DNA of 64,000 nt from Candidatus Thermosaccharophagus tengchongensis. GTDB taxonomy: Bacteria; Armatimonadota; Fervidibacteria; Fervidibacterales; Thermosaccharophagaceae. A model generated the notes under the pieces. That model saw only the letters and a program-made list of their open reading frames with translations, had not been told where the DNA came from and did no database searches. The DNA lies in the NCBI GenBank assembly GCA_032161105.1, contig JAVHTD010000003.1; one strand, given 5' to 3'. Position numbers and translations under genes: made by a program. Positions 1-8,986 of this stretch are shown here, piece after piece; position 1 is the stretch's first letter, and each line of letters starts with the position of its first letter.

Positions 1-515
1 TTGATGAGCTTTACCCATTGAGCGCTATTGATATCGTGCTCATGAGCCGCGTGAGCGCAGAAAAGCCATGGAGGCGATTCTCAAGCGATGACATTGACGC
101 TGCCCGTTGGGCACTTGAGCAAGTTGGCATTGCTGACATGGCTACAAAGCCATACCGAATGCTCTCTGGCGGTCAAAAACAGAGGGTCTTGATTGCGAGA
201 GCGCTCTCGGTTGTGCCAAATGTGCTTGTGCTTGATGAGCCAACAAATGGGCTTGACCTGCCAACGGAACACGCAATCATGGAATTGATTTACAGGTTGC
301 ACCGAGAGCATTCAGTCACCGTCATATTTGCAACGCACCTGCTCAATGTCGTGATCAACTACGCAAACAGGATCGGGATAGTCCACGACGGGTATGTGCG
401 CATTGGCACAACATCGGAAATGATCTCTCAAGAGAGACTGCGCGAGGCATACGGAATTGAAACGACCATCGCAACCGTTGATGGAAAGAGGCTGGTATTA
501 GTGAAGGCTTCATGA
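1..515 (+). CDS. Metal (Zn/Mn) ABC transporter ATP-binding protein, 5' end outside window
   Basis: LSGGQKQR signature, VLVLDEPT Walker B and H-loop (ATH). Frame is open to the window edge (DELYPLSAID...). Walker A is absent, so it lies upstream. Confidence 0.9.
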   Translation, partial: DELYPLSAIDIVLMSRVSAEKPWRRFSSDDIDAARWALEQVGIADMATKPYRMLSGGQKQRVLIARALSVVPNVLVLDEPTNGLDLPTEHAIMELIYRLHREHSVTVIFATHLLNVVINYANRIGIVHDGYVRIGTTSEMISQERLREAYGIETTIATVDGKRLVLVKAS

Positions 516-522
516 CGGGCTC

Positions 523-1368
523 GTGAAGAATGAGCAGGTGATGCTGTCAATGATCCCTTGGGGATTGCTTGCCATGCCAATTTTGAGCGCTTCAATTGCA
601 TCGGCCGCATGCTGCTATGTTGGTGTTTATGTCGTGCTGAGGCGCATTGTATTCGTGAGCGCCGCATTGGCTCAACTTGGTGCTGCCGGTGTCGGGCTCG
701 GATTGATGCTCAACATCAACCCGGTGGCGACTTGCTACGCATTCATATTGCTCGGAATGCTCTTTGTCCCACTGATACAGCGCGAGAGGAAAGTCAGCCG
801 AGAAAGCATCCTCGGAGCAATGTATGCTGTAGCCGCGTCACTCGCCATGATATTTGTCGCAAAGAGCCCAGCCGAACAGCATTTGATGGAGTCAATACTA
901 TTTGGCGAATTGCTCTACGCAACGAAGGATGTGGCGTTGCGTCTCGGAGCTGTCACCGCATTCACACTCGCAATTCACCTGACGCTTTTTAAGCCGTTGC
1001 TGCTTTCGTCATTTGACCCCGAGTTCGCCACCACTCTTGGAATACGCACGCGGTTGTTTGACGGCATCTTTTACATTGTGCTCGCTGTGCTTATCGGTGA
1101 GTGCATACGGGCAATTGGAGCACTGCTAACATTCGCATATCTTGTGCTACCACCATTGACGGCGCTGCTGCTCACCGACAGGTTCAAGAGCGCTTTTGCC
1201 ATCTCAATCTCATGCGGGTTGGTTGCGAACATAATCGGCATTGTTGTCTCGTTTCACTACGACTTACCATCAAGCCCAACTGTGGCAGCATGCACGCTAT
1301 TGCCGTTAATTGTGCTCGCGCCATTGGCACTCCACTCACGCTTGCTTAAATGCACATCACAGCGATAG
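523..1368 (+). CDS. Metal ABC transporter permease (ZnuB/ABC-3 family)
   Basis: Polytopic membrane protein with VGVYVVLRR, LFG and SFDPEFA motifs typical of ABC-3 permeases. Directly follows the ATPase. Confidence 0.9.
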   Translation: MKNEQVMLSMIPWGLLAMPILSASIASAACCYVGVYVVLRRIVFVSAALAQLGAAGVGLGLMLNINPVATCYAFILLGMLFVPLIQRERKVSRESILGAMYAVAASLAMIFVAKSPAEQHLMESILFGELLYATKDVALRLGAVTAFTLAIHLTLFKPLLLSSFDPEFATTLGIRTRLFDGIFYIVLAVLIGECIRAIGALLTFAYLVLPPLTALLLTDRFKSAFAISISCGLVANIIGIVVSFHYDLPSSPTVAACTLLPLIVLAPLALHSRLLKCTSQR

Positions 1369-1543
1369 GGCATTAAGAATCCGACATAGACTTAGCAGCG
1401 AACCATCACAGCCAAGACCATTTTGGTCGCAACCAACGCGCTACTATGTGTATCAAAAACAATCGGTGACGGGTTTGCTCACAAGTGCTGCAAGCGGTTT
1501 ATTCGTGAAAGGGCTCTAACCCCGGTGAACTTCGTTTGAAGTG

Positions 1544-1645
1544 AAGGAGGTGGTGAAAAAATTTGATGTGACATAGCTGCTGCTTAGCAATGCCCAGCGA
1601 GCCTGGAAGCTCACAAACCCAAAACACCGTAAGGAGGGATATCCA
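1544..1645 (+). promoter_or_regulatory. Leader of prepilin-like gene 1 with an upstream strong Shine-Dalgarno (AAGGAGGTG) and a second SD at the start codon
   Basis: AAGGAGGTG at 1544-1552 and AAGGAGGGAT just before ATG 1646. The same layout occurs at 2905-3005. Confidence 0.55.
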
Positions 1646-2371
1646 ATGATGGTAGTAAGGAAGCGCGGCTTTACGCTGATTGAGCTTCTCGTCGTGATAG
1701 CCATAATCGCGATCCTGGCGGCGATTCTGTTCCCGGTGTTTGCCAAGGCTCGCGAGAAGGCAAGGATGACTTCATGCCAGTCAAACTTGAAGCAGCTCGC
1801 TCTCGGACTGCTCCAATATGTTCAGGACTACGATGAGAAGTTCCCAACCTACTACTGGGGCGAAGGAAATAGCGGCGTTCCAAACTCGTGCACATGGTGG
1901 GCTGGCATCTATCCGTATGTGAAGAACCTGCAGATTTACAAGTGCCCGAGTAGCCCGATAAATTCGCACAACACTCATCAAGTCTGGATTAACAACAACC
2001 CGCCATTCAACACGCCCGGCTTCGTTAACAACTACGGTTATAACGAACTCATCGGGAATGCAAGCGGTGGACTGCCATTAGCCCGCTTGAACAACCCAGC
2101 AGAGACTTTGGTGTTGGCAGATTGCACATCCACTTGGATTGGTGGCTATTGGCGATCTGCCGATAGACCGCACCTTCGCCGTGTGGCATTTGCAAGGGGC
2201 GGCGCACCATGCGGCTGCCCACCAAACCTCACAATGAACGAGGATTGGACATTGCACCTCGGTGGCTCAAACCTCGCCTTCGCCGATGGGCATGTCAAAT
2301 GGTTTCATTGGGCACAGGTGCGCACAATAACTGGTGGCGGTAAGATACGATACTACGACTGGGAATGGTAA
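1646..2371 (+). CDS. Prepilin-type N-terminal cleavage/methylation, DUF1559 / H-X9-DG domain protein
   Basis: RKRG^[24 protein letters not shown] class III signal, C.SNLKQL, CPS, C-terminal [16 protein letters not shown]. Confidence 0.93.
   Translation: MMVVRKRGFTLIELLVVIAIIAILAAILFPVFAKAREKARMTSCQSNLKQLALGLLQYVQDYDEKFPTYYWGEGNSGVPNSCTWWAGIYPYVKNLQIYKCPSSPINSHNTHQVWINNNPPFNTPGFVNNYGYNELIGNASGGLPLARLNNPAETLVLADCTSTWIGGYWRSADRPHLRRVAFARGGAPCGCPPNLTMNEDWTLHLGGSNLAFADGHVKWFHWAQVRTITGGGKIRYYDWEW
1660..1762 (+). repeat. Direct repeat: 5' coding segment shared by the two prepilin-like genes (copy 1; copy 2 at about 3014-3116)
   Basis: Near-identical DNA, e.g. atcgcgatcctggc..attctgttcccggtg..gagaaggca in both genes, differing mainly at third codon positions. 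Confidence 0.8.
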
Positions 2372-2410
2372 TGCTCGGGGATGACATCGGCGCGCTAATG
2401 GCTAAAAATG

Positions 2411-2437
2411 GGGCGGACTATGGTCCGCCCAACTTTT
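2411..2437 (+). terminator. Rho-independent terminator
   Basis: GGGCGGAC-tatg-GTCCGCCC hairpin followed by aactttt, about 40 nt after the stop of 1646..2371. Confidence 0.75.
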
Positions 2438-2502
2438 GCTTCCCTCCCACAACAGCGCGCTACTGATGCTATGCGCAAAAGGATGCACCACAATGGCAGC
2501 AC

Positions 2503-2530
2503 TTGACAACGCAGCCAGAGATGCTAAGCT
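2503..2530 (+). promoter_or_regulatory. Sigma70-type promoter (copy 1 of a duplicated segment)
   Basis: TTGACA (2503-2508), 16-nt spacer, extended -10 TGcTAAGCT (2522-2530). Confidence 0.55.
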
Positions 2531-2720
2531 AAATAACAGCTCGTGAGCGGCATGCCAAAATTGAATGTGCGGCATGTGCATAACGGGGTTTTGTGACGGT
2601 GTGGCTCAACCTCATTGGCACATGAGCGGATGTTGAAGTTGCCAAAGCTTCCGTCGGCGCATCTCATGTGCCACACTTAATGATGTCACGCAACGAAGGC
2701 GCACCTTGACAGGGTGGCAC

Positions 2721-2749
2721 TTGACAACGCAACCGGATGATGCTAAATT
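2721..2749 (+). promoter_or_regulatory. Sigma70-type promoter (copy 2 of a duplicated segment)
   Basis: TTGACA (2721-2726), 17-nt spacer, extended -10 TGcTAAATT (2741-2749). Lies upstream of prepilin-like gene 2. Confidence 0.65.
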
Positions 2750-2904
2750 GAATAGTGGCTCATCGGGCAACGCATGCCACGCCGAACATTGAAAACGCAA
2801 TAGGTGCAACGATACTTCGTAGTGCTAATAGCGCATGGCGAGCCTTTGGTTGGATGCTGCAGTTGTAAATGAATTAACGAGACGAGAATGCAACACTTGG
2901 GGCG

Positions 2905-3005
2905 AAGGAGGTGATGCGAGAAACCATTGAAGCGGTGATGGCATGGGTGGTTGCTCGGTGAGGCTGCGAAGCGCGCAAACCAAATGTAATGAGGAGGGAT
3001 GCCAA
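2905..3005 (+). promoter_or_regulatory. Leader of prepilin-like gene 2 with an upstream strong Shine-Dalgarno and a second SD at the start codon
   Basis: AAGGAGGTG at 2905-2913 and GAGGAGGGAT before ATG 3006. Confidence 0.55.
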
Positions 3006-3761
3006 ATGATGAGGAAGCGTGGCTTTACACTGATTGAATTGCTCGTCGTAATAGCTATCATCGCGATCCTGGCAGCAATTCTGTTCCCGGTGCTCGCCAG
3101 GGCGCGAGAGAAGGCACGCACAAGCTCATGCCAGAATAACCTCAAGAACATCGCAACGGCTTTCAAGATGTATACCAACGACTGGGATGAGAAGTTCCCG
3201 GCTCCAAACCATCCAGGTAACGATCCACATAACAATGTATACCAACAGGGTGAAATACCGTGGCCATTGCAGCTTGACCCGTATGTGAAGAACTGGCAGA
3301 TATTCAAGTGCCCGTCATACACAAGCTTCGGACTCGGCTATGGCTATAACCCATACCTCCAGTGGAGCTTGCGCGGCGAGAATCAATATCCAGCTGGGTG
3401 CTCTGAGGCAGATGTGCAGGATGTCGTCAGGACTGTGTTGGCTGCCGATGTGGATACGGCCGCTAACGACTCATCCTTAGTCCCGCCAGGCACGCTCCCG
3501 GGCATCGTTGACCAATTCAACCCGGACCTTGTGACGAGCTTGAATGGCAATATTAGCGGCGTAAATCCACCACCGAATCCGATACAGACAGGCAGCAGGC
3601 TTGCTGGCACTATCGTAACTGGTGGTGTCCCGATGGGTGGTGCACCTGAGCCGAGGCACACTGACGGCTGCAACTTCGCATTCGTTGATGGGCATGTGAA
3701 GTGGATTAAGAACAGGATGCAGATCATCTTCAACCCGAATGCAACGGCACCGGGTAACTAA
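3006..3761 (+). CDS. Prepilin-type N-terminal cleavage/methylation, DUF1559 / H-X9-DG domain protein
   Basis: MMRKRG^FTLIELLVV..., C.NNLKNI, CPS, C-terminal [16 protein letters not shown]. Start moved to ATG 3006 behind GAGGAGG. Confidence 0.93.
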   Translation: MMRKRGFTLIELLVVIAIIAILAAILFPVLARAREKARTSSCQNNLKNIATAFKMYTNDWDEKFPAPNHPGNDPHNNVYQQGEIPWPLQLDPYVKNWQIFKCPSYTSFGLGYGYNPYLQWSLRGENQYPAGCSEADVQDVVRTVLAADVDTAANDSSLVPPGTLPGIVDQFNPDLVTSLNGNISGVNPPPNPIQTGSRLAGTIVTGGVPMGGAPEPRHTDGCNFAFVDGHVKWIKNRMQIIFNPNATAPGN

Positions 3762-3801
3762 CATTGGACATATGCCTCGGCTAAGGTAGGGTTGACCTGC
3801 G

Positions 3802-3842
3802 GCTGCGGTGGCACATATGTGCCACCGCAGCTTTTCCTTTTG
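3802..3842 (+). terminator. Rho-independent terminator (perfect 30-bp palindrome)
   Basis: GCTGCGGTGGCACAT/ATGTGCCACCGCAGC (3802-3831) followed by ttttcctttt. Confidence 0.8.
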
Positions 3843-3977
3843 AGCCCATGACACAACCAAAGCACAATTCGCCATGATTCGTTTGGAACTGAAGCATACC
3901 TTCGGAGGGGAATAGGGAAGCAAATTTTTAACGAGAACTGAAAAGCCACAAAACCGGCGCACGGGAGGGAGAAGCAA

Positions 3978-5792
3978 CTGCCGACTTTATCCCTCGGACG
4001 CATAGTCGCCTACATCACAGCATGCATTGCATTTGCAGCTATTGTCACCTGCCCGACCGAGAGCTATGACATTTGGTTTCACATCGCGACTGGAAGATGG
4101 ATAGCCATCAATGGGCGCATACCGACAAGGGATACATTCTCACGGAACTCCACGCGCAAATGGCAGCCACACAGCTGGCTGTTTGACTTGGCGTCGTTTC
4201 ACCTAAGCGGGCGCCCGTGTGCATTGCCATCGCATGATGGCATTCGCAACCTGCTCATTCTCAAGGGGGCACTGTGCGGCATCGCGTTCGTCATCTTGAT
4301 GGATAGCGCATTTTGGCTGTGTGGGAATCAACCAACTTCGTTGCTGCTCTCGCTCGCGGCAATTTACGCGAGCGTGCCATCGCTTGACATACGCCCGTAT
4401 GCTGTGAGCATCCTCTTCTTCATCATCTGCCTTCGCATGCTCATCGGGGAAGATACGCACCAGCGCAGAATTGCGCTGAAATTGGGATGGCTCTTCCTCT
4501 GCTCCGCCATTTGGGTCAACATCCACGGGAGCTTCTTAATCGGGCTCATCGCTTCGCTCACATTCATGCTTACGGCGCTCATCGCCAAAAGGCATGAGCT
4601 AATTCAATGGCTGCATGGCAGGGAGCGCATCTCAGCTAAAACGCTCTCTCACATGCTCGCACCGTTGGCGATGCTCATCGGCGGTTTGTGCAATCCATTT
4701 GGGGTGCGTGCCATCACCTACCCTTTCACCTACTGGCTGACTGAAACGAAGCATGCTACAAAGATCGTCGCTGAGTGGCTGCCGCCGGATTTCAAGTTGC
4801 CATTTGACTATGCCTTCCTGATGCTCCTCTGCCTGTGCATAATCCTTCCAGCTATTTCACATGTGCGAACTGATGCGAGAGTGAGATTGAACTCGCTCTC
4901 GCTCCTTTGCGCCGTGCTGGCAGCGATGGCGTTGATATCGCGGCGCAACATATGCCTGTTTGCAACCTGCTCAGTGCTGTTCATAGCGCAGACATTGCCA
5001 AGCGCATTCCAAATCGGCATCCTATCAAAGCCATTCATGCGCAGCTGGCACACCATCACCATCATATCTCTCGCTACCATCCTCGTTTTCTTGAGGAGCG
5101 CTTTGATGGCGCTGCGCCATCCATTGCGTGAGGAGCTCTTCCCATACGGCGCTGTTGAATTCATGAAAGCCAACTCGCTCCCGACGCCAATTTTCAACCC
5201 GTATCACTGGGGCGGCTTCTTGATAGCAGCGTTTGATGGGCGTGTGAAAGTCTTCATTGATGGGCGAGCCGATATTTACTCGGCTCAATTCCTAAAGCGC
5301 TATCATGACGCACAAAATGGCTTACATGGTTGGGATGACTTCCTTGATGAGCATGCCGTGAAGACAGCCATTGTTGATGTCGCAACCCCACTTTATGAGC
5401 TGCTCAGGCAGAGCCAGAAATGGCAAATGCTATACAGGGATATAACTGGCGCTGTGTTCGTGCGTGTCTCACGCGAGGCGATTCCACTCCTTAAGCGCGC
5501 CCAAAATGACGAGCTCAAATACCCGAAGAACGCGTGGGCTTATTTTTACAGAGGGATGATGTGCGCCGAAAGGAAGCAGTATGAGCGCGCCATCATGCAT
5601 TGGAAAGAGGCTTTATCGCTCAAGCCGGACATGGCAGAGGCTGCCATCAACTTGGGATGCGCATACGCAAGGCTGAAGCGGTGGAAGGATGCCAAATGGG
5701 CTTTTGAGACCGCAATAAGGCTGCTTGGGAAAGATTCACCACAATATTTGCACCGCTACCTGCGTGAGGCAAAGAAGCACGCCGGAGAATGA
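3978..5792 (+). CDS. Polytopic membrane protein (putative GT-C-like glycosyltransferase) with C-terminal TPRs; probable CTG start
   Basis: Frame is open from 3942 and contains DIWFHIATGRWI...P..D.FS upstream of the track start 4188. Also WVNIHGSF, NPFG, EWLPP, WGGFL, FIDGRAD motifs and a TPR tail. GGAGG lies 9 nt before CTG 3978. Confidence 0.75.
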   Translation: MPTLSLGRIVAYITACIAFAAIVTCPTESYDIWFHIATGRWIAINGRIPTRDTFSRNSTRKWQPHSWLFDLASFHLSGRPCALPSHDGIRNLLILKGALCGIAFVILMDSAFWLCGNQPTSLLLSLAAIYASVPSLDIRPYAVSILFFIICLRMLIGEDTHQRRIALKLGWLFLCSAIWVNIHGSFLIGLIASLTFMLTALIAKRHELIQWLHGRERISAKTLSHMLAPLAMLIGGLCNPFGVRAITYPFTYWLTETKHATKIVAEWLPPDFKLPFDYAFLMLLCLCIILPAISHVRTDARVRLNSLSLLCAVLAAMALISRRNICLFATCSVLFIAQTLPSAFQIGILSKPFMRSWHTITIISLATILVFLRSALMALRHPLREELFPYGAVEFMKANSLPTPIFNPYHWGGFLIAAFDGRVKVFIDGRADIYSAQFLKRYHDAQNGLHGWDDFLDEHAVKTAIVDVATPLYELLRQSQKWQMLYRDITGAVFVRVSREAIPLLKRAQNDELKYPKNAWAYFYRGMMCAERKQYERAIMHWKEALSLKPDMAEAAINLGCAYARLKRWKDAKWAFETAIRLLGKDSPQYLHRYLREAKKHAGE

Positions 5793-6144
5793 ACTCACAC
5801 GGCGCTACCATAATGTGAGTTACGCATTTAGCCCCATTGCATGCGGCAAACTGTGGGACAACGGCCTGCACGAAAGGAATGATCCATCTGCACGGTTTGA
5901 AGGCATCCTCTGCGGGCAGCTCAATGCCGCTCTTGCATCTATTGCTTATTGCTCAGCTTCCGAGCTGGATGCGGCTTTTGAAATTGAGTGCGCCAATTGC
6001 AGTCAACAGCGCATCCAATTGATTGGCGTCAACTCACCGTGCCAGAAATTCAATGGTGATGGACGGCGGCTTTAATAAGGCTGCGTGGTGGCAGGCTCAT
6101 TTTCCGCCGTTGAAAAATTCGGCATGCCATTTGGGGGTGTGAAC

Positions 6145-8925
6145 ATGCGACAGAGGCTATCGCTTGATGGGCTGTGGGACTTTACTGCCGACCCGATGGG
6201 CGAATTGCGTATTGACAAGCTCGGGGGAAACATTCAATGGCGCAAGATCAAAGTGCCATCCTTCTGGGAAGCGCAATTTGACGACTTGCTCAATTACGAC
6301 GGCATAGCTTGGTATCGTAGAAGCGTGCCGATGCCAAAGGAATGGATTGATGCAATCTCAAGCGGGCAAATGCGCCTTTTTATCCACTTTGAAGCGGTTG
6401 ACTATTATGCGTGTGTCTTCGTCGGTGGACACAGGGTCGGCGAAAATGAAGGTGGCTACTTGCCATTTGAGTTTGAGCTTGCCGGCAACTTGCTCAGCGA
6501 TATTGTGCGCGATGGCGAGCTGAAGATAACGGTGCAAGTCATTGACCCGACAAATGACAGGCTGCGTTTCCCGAAGTTCCCAGCCGATGAGATACCAATG
6601 GGTAAGCAAAGTTGGTATCTCAATGTCGGTGGCATTTGGCAGAGCGTTTGGCTTGAATTGAGGGAACAGACATTCGTTGAAGACATATTCGTAACTCCGC
6701 TGCGCGACTTGGAGAGCGTAAACCTGCGCATCAAACTCTCCGGAGCAGTTGAGAAGACCACTCGCTGTGAAATTCTCATTGAGGATGCTGATGGCAACTT
6801 AAGGTCATCGGCGCATAGCGATATTCCGGCGGGCGAAAGCGAACTGACAATGCGGCTCGTGATTGAGGACGCAAAGCCGTGGCACCCGGAAAGTCCAAAC
6901 CTATACCGAGCTATCGTCCGATTGAGCAATGGCGATGAGCACTCAACCACATTCGGGTTAAGGATAGTTGAATGCCGCAATGGCAGGGTGCATATCAACG
7001 GAGAGCCAATATACATCATCGGTGCGCTTGACCAAGATTTTTACGCCGACGAGATATACCGACCGCCAAGCGACGAATTCCTTGAGCGCCAGTTCAGGCT
7101 TGCAAAGGAACTCGGGTTTAATTTGCTTCGCTGCCATTTGAAGCTGCCCGAAAGACGCTATTTGGACATCGCAGACAAAGTGGGAATGCTTGTCTGGTAT
7201 GAGGTGCCAAGCTGGTCAAGGTTCGGCGAGCGCCTGAAGCAAAGGGTTAAACGGCACATTCAAGGGATGGTCAGGAGGGATTACAATCATCCATCTTTGG
7301 TGGCGTATGGGATTGTCGGTGAAGGTTTGGGATTGAAGTTGAGCGAACAGGAGCTGCACAGGCGATGGCTCGTTGAGGCAGTTGAGCTGCTGCGCCAACT
7401 TGATGGCACAAGGCTCATAATTGACAACTCACCATGTGAGGGGAACTTCCACATCAAGACCGACATAAATGACTTCCACATCTACTGCAACTCGCCCGAT
7501 GAGGATGAGCGCCTCTCACGGTGGCTTGATGAATTTGAAGGGCGCCCATACTGGACATTCAGCACACACGGCGATGCGCAACCAAGCGGCAACGAGCCGC
7601 TCATTGTTTCCGAGTTTGGCATTTGGGGATTGCCGGATGTGGACAGGCAGGTTAATGCGCTCGGGAAAACACCGTGGTGGTTTTCGACCGGCAGCGGCGC
7701 ATGTCGTCCTGATGGAGTTCATGAGCGCTTTTCGCGATCGCCACTTCGCGATGAATTTGCGAGCTTGGGTGAGCTGTTTGAGGCTACAAGGCTGCATCAG
7801 GCTGAAGGGCTGCGCCATCAGATTGAGGAAATACGCTCCCGCCACAACATCGCAGGATATGTCCTCACCGAATTGACGGATGTGGCTTGGGAGTGCAACG
7901 GCGTGCTTGACTTTGAGCGCCACGAAAAAGAGGCGGCAAAGATGCTTCGCCAAATACAATCGCAAGATGCGCTCATTATCAAGCTGAGCCGAGAGTGCGC
8001 CTTCGGCGGTGAGACAATAACGGGGCAAGCACTGCTCTCACATTACAGCCGAAGGAGTGTTGATGGTGGATGCCTGCTGATGCGCCTCGTTGACGAGCAC
8101 GGAAATGAGCATGCCAGCATAGATTTCCAGTGCCCTCGTGTTGAGCGGGGCGGTGTCAATAAGGTGGCTGAGTTTGAAATTGCGTTGAGTGATTTTGCCA
8201 AGCCGACATGGGTGAGCATTGAACTGCAACTGCTCTGTGATGAGCGTGAAGCAGCCCGAACAGCGAATAAGGTCCTCGCCATTCCGAGCTCTTGGAGGCG
8301 ATTTGATGCCGATGTTGAGGGCATTCAGCTTGCTGCGAAGAAAAGGATATTCGTGCATGATGCGAACTGCTGGCTCAACGGGCTTGGTGAATGGATGCGA
8401 AAAGCTGGGATGAGAATGGCTGACGGATTTGATGGCGCTGACATCATCATCGCCCCGTCACTTGATGAGAAGGTGCTGCGTGCCGTGAAGGGCGGCGCAA
8501 GCGCTCTTTGCATCATTGAGATGGCAAGGGCAATCCCGATGCCGATTGAGGGCTTGAGTGTGGTTGACAGGTCTTTAAAGGGGCGTCACGGGAGCTGGTG
8601 CACATCCTTCACATGGCTTTCAAAGCAGCTCTCTGAGCAACTCAACTTGCCGCGCATCCTGCCGCACGCCATGCGCCCAATAGTTCCGAGGTGCGTCATT
8701 GAGGCTGACTTTGAGCGCGCTTCGCATAACTCAAATGGCAACCCGGAGTTTGAGGCGGCACACGCCGGTTTGTTTGTCGGGTGGCTTCACGAGCAATCTT
8801 TTGTCGCCTTAACGATGCGCTATGGGAATGGCAAACTGCTTCTCACGACATTCAGGCTTACTGGCGCGGTCAATGATGAACCACCAGCTATAGCGATGCT
8901 GCGTGCGCTGCTGCAATTGCTATAG
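6145..8925 (+). CDS. Glycoside hydrolase family 2 protein
   Basis: SLDGLWDF, WYRR, HFEAVDY, GGYLPFEF, GGIWQSV, FGLR, GFNLLRCH, RDYNHPS, and the nucleophile region IVSEFG. Confidence 0.88.
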   Translation: MRQRLSLDGLWDFTADPMGELRIDKLGGNIQWRKIKVPSFWEAQFDDLLNYDGIAWYRRSVPMPKEWIDAISSGQMRLFIHFEAVDYYACVFVGGHRVGENEGGYLPFEFELAGNLLSDIVRDGELKITVQVIDPTNDRLRFPKFPADEIPMGKQSWYLNVGGIWQSVWLELREQTFVEDIFVTPLRDLESVNLRIKLSGAVEKTTRCEILIEDADGNLRSSAHSDIPAGESELTMRLVIEDAKPWHPESPNLYRAIVRLSNGDEHSTTFGLRIVECRNGRVHINGEPIYIIGALDQDFYADEIYRPPSDEFLERQFRLAKELGFNLLRCHLKLPERRYLDIADKVGMLVWYEVPSWSRFGERLKQRVKRHIQGMVRRDYNHPSLVAYGIVGEGLGLKLSEQELHRRWLVEAVELLRQLDGTRLIIDNSPCEGNFHIKTDINDFHIYCNSPDEDERLSRWLDEFEGRPYWTFSTHGDAQPSGNEPLIVSEFGIWGLPDVDRQVNALGKTPWWFSTGSGACRPDGVHERFSRSPLRDEFASLGELFEATRLHQAEGLRHQIEEIRSRHNIAGYVLTELTDVAWECNGVLDFERHEKEAAKMLRQIQSQDALIIKLSRECAFGGETITGQALLSHYSRRSVDGGCLLMRLVDEHGNEHASIDFQCPRVERGGVNKVAEFEIALSDFAKPTWVSIELQLLCDEREAARTANKVLAIPSSWRRFDADVEGIQLAAKKRIFVHDANCWLNGLGEWMRKAGMRMADGFDGADIIIAPSLDEKVLRAVKGGASALCIIEMARAIPMPIEGLSVVDRSLKGRHGSWCTSFTWLSKQLSEQLNLPRILPHAMRPIVPRCVIEADFERASHNSNGNPEFEAAHAGLFVGWLHEQSFVALTMRYGNGKLLLTTFRLTGAVNDEPPAIAMLRALLQLL

Positions 8926-8986
8926 TGGTTTGGCATATGCCACATTGCCACATCGGCGTCAGAATGGCGCTCTGTCCATTTGGTGC

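Noticed and set aside
2499..2731. CRISPR-like repeat
   Set aside because: Only two copies, 218 bp apart, and both are explained as promoter elements. No cas genes and no regular array anywhere in the window.
3802..3831. 30-bp perfect palindrome as a mobile-element end or recombination site
   Set aside because: Single copy, about 40 nt after a stop codon and followed by a U-tract, which fits an intrinsic terminator.
5725..6075. 116-aa Cys-containing ORF between the TPR membrane gene and GH2
   Set aside because: TTG start inside the upstream gene, no SD and no recognisable domain. It cannot be supported.
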